DNA of 64,000 bases from assembly GCA_031370005.1 (NCBI GenBank), contig JANMPT010000021.1, positions 64,001-128,000 of the forward strand, read 5' to 3'. Positions 57,501-64,000 of this stretch are shown piece after piece; the stretch's first letter is position 1; every line of letters starts with the position of its first letter. The translations under genes and the position numbers were made by a program. A model generated the notes under the pieces. That model did not search any database. It had not been told where the DNA came from and was given only the letters and a program-made list of their open reading frames with translations. Source of the DNA: Bdellovibrionales bacterium. Its GTDB lineage: Bacteria; Bdellovibrionota; Bdellovibrionia; Bdellovibrionales; Bdellovibrionaceae.

Positions 57501-57789
57501 AGATAATATGACTCCCCTGCTACGAAATGAAAATTATTATTTATTAGCCCAGGATACAGCCAATGCCCAAATGCAAGATAATGGTGATGCTAGAAATCGC
57601 AATTTTTTCATCGCCCTTCGTGGTGAAAAAGAATATCAACGCCTGATGTATTTCATGAAAGGCCGGATTAAAATGCCAGAAGCTGCCGATCACTCTGCTG
57701 ATGAGAAAAATAATAGTTTTACAAATCTGGACAGGCTCCTTAGCTCAGGATCTGCAAATGTTCCAGGCAGCTATAACGACAGCCCGTAA
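54538..57789 (+). CDS. Uncharacterised 1083-aa lipoprotein
   Basis: LTAC lipobox, a duplicated ACIK...C.NW.E...KY...AINPW domain and a Ser/Thr-rich amphipathic segment near the C-terminus. Confidence 0.8.
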   Translation: MPISKQLLLMLLCINLLGLTACNIPNPKSRETEGHSVATFFVTEAKGDALAAKLNKDYSIPQSKTFNFTACIKDHAQSKPLIGHPFRIGPINKEVKSDEKGCLNWSEEVSFNFFSEPKYLDWKRQITATGLHKGTRIVRFAINPWSDNDKSPAVVNLETVTPPQLVSDFEKIQETLQGSSAGAHVSKNSLWVNDMRIQSNEQKFTQNGVVLNLELMAIPQLQVSTINGEKILRPLTQGRFKAKIYLIHTLVEDNKEVHRILSQSIPQTAAIHGGNLFIKSLIKLTSIPTRGQLVLGLDISAEDNNANIGNFQGIYMMGDYDQLKSSGFLRLMSVVTESNEFKISNFINSKLEDKLSENSLNKDAYVKPRIEIAPLEFKYIRVGKETTSEREIIYNVKACIKNGLEQKTTRGYTFNVQGFRQNVRQNDSDAIKTTKITTDNSSCINWDEAMTFKYYECQKYIKGFIEIENKDLALKQKIEVAINPWESWGTFARDLRYVDSQERLLTDCKKENVLPSTVSLKNLSYSTLSYNYEIDNLLNLTFKKKLRLKLDATVSLFSDMARGRMQSAQKLRPGIYLLKLALIKNRDYYNQNSYVSSVEKLVATLDGDIKTDVEFKTSDLKAIGDRNTLLVELDPVNEDKITVDKDGNVSVKEKVSSLDEIINHNTGLYNRTFSTAINLNTDRDTQELTAMETTEANQYLVNANLPKLDEARKSLIREYIKYGERLAFQNFQAQKAQADMKLFAKNNSLKQISASENSDSVDMRTILATSQTHVSETQMKKNLMQLSTSGKINTELSEDLCSYWFESLIAKDLWGSYGKFALLICSVNGKHPELLFNIEKRLFIKELESYNYLKGYNSVISVGNNITLTKSLAHSNYVTKSLSFSMGLLKKFADVFSIGVSGSYTISQSDSKAETSANSISVSMNTSLLMQQNIYQLKLRRYQECSIVRIKPKLFIKGGFFASALNSRLSENEKAEVVSRGLMICTGTDNMTPLLRNENYYLLAQDTANAQMQDNGDARNRNFFIALRGEKEYQRLMYFMKGRIKMPEAADHSADEKNNSFTNLDRLLSSGSANVPGSYNDSP

Positions 57790-58523
57790 ACTTTTTTTAG
57801 GAAATCTAAACTGCGAATGCCAAACCACGAGTAAGATTCGCCGTCCACGACGGCCCCCTGCAAACCATCTCTGCGCAGGTCTCCTATTTTTTTATGAAAA
57901 GGGTATGGTTCTGATGAATATAAAATAAGAGCCTCTTGGAAATCTTGAATTTTTATAACTGGATACTTCTCCTCCGGAAAGTTTATAACTTGTGCGCCCA
58001 ACTGTTTGAGTACAGAACCAATATAAGTTTCGCGATTAATTGCCATCCAGGGCTTACTCCAAATCACATAAAGCACTGGTCGTCTTTGCCTTGGGCTTGG
58101 GCGCACCGGTGGAATCACCCACTCCATCAATGCAGGTATATTTTCTTCATTCCAAAACAAGGGACCGCGATCAATTATTGCCTGCATTTCCAACGACCAT
58201 GCAATTAATCGTTGATTGCCCAACTCCGTACCGAGACGTTGCAATTCAAATTGCAAGCTCTCCAGAGAATACACATCTGTGGCCAAATAAGGGCATGGAC
58301 ATTCCTCTGCCATCTTTAAGGGGTTTTCCTCTTTATCCAGCAATACCAAGTCAGGATTGAGGGCTTTGACTACCTCCCATTGAGACTCCTTGGTACCGCC
58401 CACCACAGGGATACATTTAACAAGTTCAGCGGGATGAACACAAAAACGCGTTCTTCCTACAACGGGAATTCCAGCTCGCAATAAAGTCTCCGTCCACGAG
58501 GGCACCATCGATACAATTCGCAT
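57771..58523 (-). CDS. Helical-backbone metal receptor (BtuF/cobalamin-binding-like), no signal peptide
   Basis: MRIVSMVPS.TETL, GRTRFC.HP, VGGTK, LNPDL...EEN, SSEPYPF and VDGE..SWFG.R. Confidence 0.82.
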   Translation of the reverse strand: MRIVSMVPSWTETLLRAGIPVVGRTRFCVHPAELVKCIPVVGGTKESQWEVVKALNPDLVLLDKEENPLKMAEECPCPYLATDVYSLESLQFELQRLGTELGNQRLIAWSLEMQAIIDRGPLFWNEENIPALMEWVIPPVRPSPRQRRPVLYVIWSKPWMAINRETYIGSVLKQLGAQVINFPEEKYPVIKIQDFQEALILYSSEPYPFHKKIGDLRRDGLQGAVVDGESYSWFGIRSLDFLKKVYGLSL

Positions 58524-58633
58524 CTTTTAATATCACCAATTATTGCCAATTGAGTCAAGATTGCTGTATTGTCACTTGAGCCCTACCTTATCACTAAGTT
58601 AAAAATAGTTTTTTGTATTAAAGGAATTTACCT

Positions 58634-59926
58634 ATGAATGCTGCTGCTTTTTTGAAGAAGAAACCTGAACTCAGCCCTTACAAAAAAGGCGATGTTCTCG
58701 TACTTTTTGGCGAGCTCTTTCAACGAGGCTATGCCAACGGCTTAGTTGAAGAAGCCCATGACCGAGGAATGACCATTGTTCGCGCCACCGTTGGTCGACG
58801 GGAGGATGGAAAACTTCGGGCTTTAAATATTGAAGAAACAAAAAATATACCAAAACCATTTATCAATATACCCCTGGAGGCCGGTTTTGATTTTGAGCCT
58901 GACTCCGAAGGTCAAACCCCTATTGATCAACTCAAAGACGTCAAGCTCTCTGAGTGGGAAAATTTAAAGATTAACTTTGCCCCACTAGAGCTAAGTCGCC
59001 AAAGTGCTGTTGCACGCTTTCGTAAAAATGTTGATGCGTTTCTTCAAGAGCTTGAACACCACATCCCCACTGGAGCAAACGTCCTCTTTGCACATCTTAT
59101 GGCTGGAGGCGTGCCTCGAACCAAAATCGTCATGCCACTAATGAACCGCACCTGCAAAGGCAGCGGTGATCGTTATTTATCCTCTGAACAGCTTTGGAAC
59201 TCGGATATCGGTAAGTTCTGCTCTATGAATTTTAAAGAAGTCACGGCCGAGACACTTCGTCATTTACTTGAACTTTCAACGCCACTTCGCCAAAAGCTAG
59301 AATCTAAAGGCTCTCACATCTCCTACACGGCCTATGGATACCATGGAACGGAGATTCTGATTGACGGTCAATATAAGTGGCAAACCTATACTCCTTATAT
59401 CCAAGGATGGGCAAAGATAGAGCTTGAAAAGATTGCCACAGATGCTCACAAAAAAGGCATTAATGTCTGCGTCTACAACTGCCCAGAGATCCTTACCAAC
59501 TCAAGCTCAATTTTTCAGGGAGTTGAAGTGTCACTTTATCCTTTAACCAAAGCTATTGAGAAAGAGTGTAAAAATTCACCTACTAGTCAAGAACTCATTG
59601 CAGACTGTAAAGCCCTTCTAAAAGAGGATGTAAGTCTGAACGATATTGAAAAAATCGCAAATACCTACTTTATCGAACCTGAAATTAAATCTCACTGTAT
59701 TTTTGAAAGATGGCCCCAGCATAGCAACAAGCTACAACTTGAAACCATGCTGACTGCTTCAGACAAATTGATTTCACTTCATAAAGATGAGAAAAAGTTG
59801 ATCACTTTTGTCCTCAGCGAGGCGGTCATTAAGTCCTGTGGATATGTTATGCTACATGATTCGTGGAAACCCCGAAGCCCCGTGGCTTGGATCGGCCATG
59901 AACTTGTGGCAAACTGTATTTGCTAA
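58634..59926 (+). CDS. FabMG-family enoyl-ACP reductase-like protein
   Basis: Recognised from recalled family motifs: KGDVLVLFGELF.RGYANGL, TVGRR, AGFD, FAH.MAGG.P, AYGYHGT, WQTY..Y.QG.AK and NCPEI.TNSS. Confidence 0.7.
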   Translation: MNAAAFLKKKPELSPYKKGDVLVLFGELFQRGYANGLVEEAHDRGMTIVRATVGRREDGKLRALNIEETKNIPKPFINIPLEAGFDFEPDSEGQTPIDQLKDVKLSEWENLKINFAPLELSRQSAVARFRKNVDAFLQELEHHIPTGANVLFAHLMAGGVPRTKIVMPLMNRTCKGSGDRYLSSEQLWNSDIGKFCSMNFKEVTAETLRHLLELSTPLRQKLESKGSHISYTAYGYHGTEILIDGQYKWQTYTPYIQGWAKIELEKIATDAHKKGINVCVYNCPEILTNSSSIFQGVEVSLYPLTKAIEKECKNSPTSQELIADCKALLKEDVSLNDIEKIANTYFIEPEIKSHCIFERWPQHSNKLQLETMLTASDKLISLHKDEKKLITFVLSEAVIKSCGYVMLHDSWKPRSPVAWIGHELVANCIC

Positions 59927-60768
59927 TGGACTTAAGTACGGGGGCCGATTACAGTTATGCGGGCATTAACTTGCGGGGACTATCGCTCTCTGGCATACGC
60001 ACTGCAATCTGTCTTCCCGATTTTTCACTCACTTTTGACGTCGCACAGGGCTATCCCTTTCTTCTAAATTTAAAGCAATTCTTTCTAAGCCACGGCCATC
60101 TAGATCACTCAGCAGGTGTTCCCTATATCATTTCGCAAAAGGCGATGAATCACCAAGCGGCCCCTAAATTTTATATGCCGAGCAGCTTGGTCGAACCTCT
60201 TGAGCGTATTATGAAAATCTGGCAACAAATCGAGGGTCACGAATACAAATATGAGTTCATCCCACTGGAAGCTGACCTTGAAATTCCCGTTAAGGGAGCT
60301 CATTTTGTAAAAGTCTTTCCGACCAAACATCGCATTGATTCCTTTGGTTACACTCTTTTTGAAGCTTGCAAAAAGCTTGCACCAAAGTTCCATGGTCTTT
60401 CGCAGCAGGAGCTGCTAAAACTAAAAAAAGAAGGCCACTCGCTAAATGAAATCGTTAACAAACCCCTTGTAAGCTTTACAGGTGATACTCAGATAGAGTT
60501 TCTTCATAGCCGACCCTGGATTCGAAGATCAAAGATACTATTGCTAGAATCAACCTACTTAGATGACAAAAAATCCATTGAACACGCTCGGGCCTGGGGG
60601 CATACACATTTGCACGAAATCCTGCCTCATCTTGACGAAATTGAAAGTGAACGAATTGTCCTTATCCATACCTCAAGCCGCTACTCATGGGCGGAAGCAC
60701 AAGACTTAATTCGCAAGCAAGTCCCAGAAAAACACCGTGAGCGCGTTGTCCTATTTCCAGGAAGATAG
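59926..60768 (+). CDS. Metallo-beta-lactamase-fold hydrolase, short tRNase Z-like
   Basis: SHGHLDH, TGDT, E.TY, HTH and LIHTSSRY. The start ATG overlaps the upstream stop (TAATG). Confidence 0.8.
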   Translation: MDLSTGADYSYAGINLRGLSLSGIRTAICLPDFSLTFDVAQGYPFLLNLKQFFLSHGHLDHSAGVPYIISQKAMNHQAAPKFYMPSSLVEPLERIMKIWQQIEGHEYKYEFIPLEADLEIPVKGAHFVKVFPTKHRIDSFGYTLFEACKKLAPKFHGLSQQELLKLKKEGHSLNEIVNKPLVSFTGDTQIEFLHSRPWIRRSKILLLESTYLDDKKSIEHARAWGHTHLHEILPHLDEIESERIVLIHTSSRYSWAEAQDLIRKQVPEKHRERVVLFPGR

Positions 60769-60780
60769 TTTGAAAGTGTT

Positions 60781-61482
60781 TTATCGATCAAGCAAGTCGT
60801 CAGCATCCAACCAGATTTTTCGACTTTTAATTTTCTTAATTTTAAAATGCTGAAGCCAATCCGCAGGCTTCCGTTTGTTCCAATTGATTGCTAAGCGAGC
60901 TGCAAAATACAAGGCGCCCATATCTTGATTTGAAAAATCCTTTGGAGCGCGAATTGCTGTTAACATTTCAGGACCAAAATAACTCTGAGGCAACATACGT
61001 TCATTGCCTATAATCTCACCGATAATAATCACATCTTTAGTTTGTCCCATGACCGTGCGACTAAGGGGCAATCCGGACTCCCCGATGGCAGCTTGCCCCG
61101 TCGGCGCAATGACAAGCTTACCACTTTCCACTTCGTTACCCAGAGCTTCTATCAGTTCCTTATTCCGATCCGTAGCCTTTTTATTCCAAGAGAAAAAATA
61201 AAAAGCAATTTCTTGCGGCGGATTTTTTAGTTTTTCGACAAGCCCCTTCTCTGAATAGGCTCCTTTATCGTCATAGGGAGTCAGGTTGACTATCTCACAA
61301 TTTTTGCAATTGCCCTTGAGCCGTTCAAAAGCTGGCTTTGCTTTATTCGTAAATGCCTCTTGATTTTCTGTTGAGAAATAGCCAATGACAACTTTAGATT
61401 CAGCCATGACCTTCACAGAAACAAGCAGAGCACTAGAAAATAAAGATAAGAAAACAATAAAACGCATAGCGATATTTTTCAT
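60781..61482 (-). CDS. Secreted protein with a degenerate subtilase (S8)-like fold
   Basis: Signal peptide, then an S8-like motif order (FFSWN, GKLVIAPTGQ, VIIIGE, SYFGPE, IRAP) with no catalytic triad. Start uncertain (61482 or 61467). Confidence 0.5.
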   Translation of the reverse strand: MKNIAMRFIVFLSLFSSALLVSVKVMAESKVVIGYFSTENQEAFTNKAKPAFERLKGNCKNCEIVNLTPYDDKGAYSEKGLVEKLKNPPQEIAFYFFSWNKKATDRNKELIEALGNEVESGKLVIAPTGQAAIGESGLPLSRTVMGQTKDVIIIGEIIGNERMLPQSYFGPEMLTAIRAPKDFSNQDMGALYFAARLAINWNKRKPADWLQHFKIKKIKSRKIWLDADDLLDR

Positions 61483-61543
61483 AAAAATATTATGAACTCG
61501 ACTTTTTGAGGATGTCGACCAAAATATCATTCAACGTTGCATC

Positions 61544-62704
61544 ATGACTAAAACTTGGGACCGAATTCTACTTTTTCACAGCGGAGATGAGTTTTTCACA
61601 GAACTTATCTCAAACATACGGCGGGCGCAGAAAAGCATCACGCTAGAGTACTATATTTTTGAAATCAACCAAGTTACAGAAATTCTTTTTTCAGAACTTC
61701 AACTGGCAGTGCTCCGTGGCTGCAAAGTTCAACTTTTAGTAGATGGTGTAGGCTCATTTTTTTGGCTAGACTCAATCAGCAAACGCTGTCAATACGAAGG
61801 CATTCACTTCCGCGTCTACCACCCACTACCTGGTTTCCTACAGTGGTTCATGCTTCTGCCAAAAGCAATATTTTCAAAAACTCCCAAAATTTTTCGCCGC
61901 GCCAATCGCCGCAACCATCGCAAAACCGTAGTTATCGATGAACAAATAGCCTTTCTTGGTAGCTTTAATATGTCAAAGGTACATTACTCAAATCTCGTTG
62001 GAGCAAACAACTCCTGGCGAGACTCTGGAGTCATGGTTCAAGGCGAAGCTATAGAAAGTTTGATCGCGGCCTATGACTTGGCATGGACCTTTGCGCGAAA
62101 AAAAGCTCTTCTACCCGCTCATGCCACCTATATACGCATAAGAATTCAGACGATTTTGAAATGGCAGAGCATTTTGAGGCTGAACGCCAATGATAAAATT
62201 CGCCGACATCTTTATAAAGACCTCTGTCGCCGCATTTTATATGCGAACAATCATGTCTATATTGCCACTGCCTACTTTTTACCTAAGAGAGCTCTTGCGA
62301 AAGCCCTCGCAAAGGCCGCTCAGCGTGGCATTGACGTCCGCGTGATCATCCCCGGACCAAGCGATGCTCCCTTTGTAAAATGGGCCGCATATCAACTACC
62401 CTATAAGCTTCACGAAAAAGGCGTGAAAATATTCGAATATCAGCCTTGTGTTTTCCACGCAAAATATATGATCATCGACGACTGGTGCAGCATTGGGTCT
62501 CTCAACCTGAATCATCGCAGTCTTTTGCATGATCTCGAAGCAGAGGCGGTGTTAACGGATGCCGAAAGCCTCGACAATATCAACAAACAATATCAAAAGG
62601 ATCTGAAAGAGTGCCGGGCTTTGGATCTATCTCGTTATGAGCAGATTTCATTTTGGCATAATTTAATTGCCAAAACTCTCTTCAGATTAAGATATTGGTT
62701 TTAA
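61544..62704 (+). CDS. Phospholipase D family, cardiolipin synthase (ClsB-like)
   Basis: Two HKD motifs (NHRKTVVID, FHAKYMIID), DGVGS, WRD, AYFLP and GS.NLN.RS. No N-terminal TM pair. Confidence 0.88.
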   Translation: MTKTWDRILLFHSGDEFFTELISNIRRAQKSITLEYYIFEINQVTEILFSELQLAVLRGCKVQLLVDGVGSFFWLDSISKRCQYEGIHFRVYHPLPGFLQWFMLLPKAIFSKTPKIFRRANRRNHRKTVVIDEQIAFLGSFNMSKVHYSNLVGANNSWRDSGVMVQGEAIESLIAAYDLAWTFARKKALLPAHATYIRIRIQTILKWQSILRLNANDKIRRHLYKDLCRRILYANNHVYIATAYFLPKRALAKALAKAAQRGIDVRVIIPGPSDAPFVKWAAYQLPYKLHEKGVKIFEYQPCVFHAKYMIIDDWCSIGSLNLNHRSLLHDLEAEAVLTDAESLDNINKQYQKDLKECRALDLSRYEQISFWHNLIAKTLFRLRYWF

Positions 62705-62775
62705 ATTTTATTTCTTAATCCGCTAGTATTGCGAAGCACTTGCATCCTATCGAGAGTCGGAGTAATTTAATATTT

Positions 62776-64000
62776 ATGCAAACAAGCTTAATTAAATTTA
62801 TTTTTTTGACAATCGCCGCTGGAACATTAGTGGCCGCAACACCTGCTCAAAAAAAAACTGCAGATGAAGTTCCGCTTTTTTTTCAAGCAGATAAGAATAA
62901 TATTCAAGTATTGCCTCAACGCTTTGAATATAATCTAGTCAATGAAGATCATATTAAAATTGGCGATATCGTTATTGATTCTACAACTTTTGGTTTTCAG
63001 ATTGCCCCTTCGATAAATTTTCCTGGAAAATATCGAGCACGCTTTATCTGGCCTGCTGGTCTTTTGAAGGACGGCTCTCTTTTTTTAAAGGATAATACTG
63101 GCAAAGCGATTTGGACAACAAACTTTACCCGTAAAAATATTCACTTAGTAAACCCACAGCCTACTGAGCAAAATAAGGGCTTTCGAACCCAATTGGCTGA
63201 GCTTCTTGTGGATCAATTGAATCCGGCTCTGATTGAAGATATGAAGTACTTTCCATTCATGAACTTATGTATTTCTCGCACCAATGAAGACACCCGTATT
63301 TATCTTTGTTCTAAAGAAGTTTACCTTACAAAAAAAGACAACCGCCTAACAATTAGGGCCCGCTCACAAGGAAAAAGAACACCTCTTGTAGAGATTAACG
63401 GCAAAAATGTGGGCTACCAAGGGATCATCTTCTTAAATAGTGAAAATGAAAATATCGGCTTTCGCGCGATAACTCAATCTGGAGCCATTCTAGAGGTAGA
63501 AACCCGCATGAAACCGGTTGATTTCAAGGATGTAACTTTAAGTGATGATAAAAAAGAAATGCTTCTTATGGCCTCAGGCACAGAACCTGTGAATGAAGAA
63601 GCGGTAAAACGCATCTCGAATGATACATGGCAAATTAGCCTCGACGCCAGCCGCCCTATCCTCTACCTAAAAGGTGAGGGCAATATTCCGATGCGCCAGG
63701 AGTTTTATATAAAGGGTAATATTCCTTCAGATACGATGCGCCCTTTTTTGAAAAATGGTTCTTTTAATCGTATCTACAAATCCAAGATCAGTCTCGAGGG
63801 TACATTTGCTCCTGATACTACTGTAACCGCAAATAGCCCCAACGAGAGTCTTGAAAAACTCAGCTCTAACAAATTCAACTGGCATTTGACTGAAATTCCT
63901 GCCGGGGAAAGTTCACGCCACTATCTTCGTATTAATCATGATCAGGACACTTTCCTTGCCGCCTACGATATCTATCGTGACTTTCCTTTTGACATTGGGC
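62776..64000 (+). CDS. Hypothetical secreted protein, truncated by the right edge
   Basis: Not in the ORF track. Open frame from ATG 62776 (MQTSLIKFIFLTIAAGTLVAATPAQ...) with no stop before 64000. Beta-rich. Confidence 0.8.
   Translation, partial: MQTSLIKFIFLTIAAGTLVAATPAQKKTADEVPLFFQADKNNIQVLPQRFEYNLVNEDHIKIGDIVIDSTTFGFQIAPSINFPGKYRARFIWPAGLLKDGSLFLKDNTGKAIWTTNFTRKNIHLVNPQPTEQNKGFRTQLAELLVDQLNPALIEDMKYFPFMNLCISRTNEDTRIYLCSKEVYLTKKDNRLTIRARSQGKRTPLVEINGKNVGYQGIIFLNSENENIGFRAITQSGAILEVETRMKPVDFKDVTLSDDKKEMLLMASGTEPVNEEAVKRISNDTWQISLDASRPILYLKGEGNIPMRQEFYIKGNIPSDTMRPFLKNGSFNRIYKSKISLEGTFAPDTTVTANSPNESLEKLSSNKFNWHLTEIPAGESSRHYLRINHDQDTFLAAYDIYRDFPFDIG

Noticed and set aside
47703..57789. Accessory-looking region as a prophage or genomic island
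   Set aside because: No integrase, transposase, phage gene, tRNA target or flanking direct repeat was seen.
438..61230. Dozens of 60-150 aa ORFs antisense to or nested in long genes (e.g. 438-758, 1612-1923, 9542-9985, 29265-29666, 44350-44751, 49157-49492)
   Set aside because: They lie within well-supported genes, show no motifs or convincing SD, and are expected shadow frames.
1..64000. CRISPR arrays, rRNA, tRNA, riboswitches
   Set aside because: No regularly spaced repeats or recognisable RNA-gene signatures were seen, and intergenic gaps are short. A covariance-model scan would be needed to exclude small RNAs in 29868-30266 and 53142-53435.

Overview
A gene-dense, AT-rich chromosomal window from a Gram-negative bacterium, most likely a Bdellovibrio-like member of Bdellovibrionota. 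This placement is an inference from gene content and order: a pilB-pilT-pilC-pilS block, a bamA-lpx operon and an Agl-Glt-type gliding cluster preceded by a GYF-PilZ gene. From left to right the window holds: (1) a type IV pilus operon headed by ribF and a degenerate shikimate-dehydrogenase-like gene; (2) a CHASE2 histidine kinase with a sigma54 activator; (3) a long minus-strand envelope operon (prfB with a +1 programmed frameshift, lolC/E, lolD, bamA, skp, lpxA, gnnA-like, lpxB, lpxK, lpxL, DUF3108, two GT9); (4) an orphan MASE3 kinase, ybeY, a 7TM-HD hydrolase and mazG; (5) an 11-gene gliding/adhesion motor cluster; (6) GT9-waaA, then a more accessory-looking region of uncharacterised envelope genes; (7) FabMG-like and tRNase Z-like genes, a PLD and a truncated secreted protein. 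I saw no rRNA, tRNA, CRISPR array or transposase. The best candidate for an undescribed system is the coupled pair at 53436-57789: an outer-membrane beta-barrel and a 1083-aa lipoprotein with a duplicated Cys/NPW domain and a Ser/Thr-rich amphipathic hairpin resembling beta-pore-forming toxin stems. Other notable signals are several apparent pseudoenzymes (PilT, AroE-like, subtilase-like, an ExbD lacking its Asp) and a recurring 17-bp TGTC-N9-GACA-like dyad in promoter regions. All family calls come from motif recognition by eye, not from database searches.
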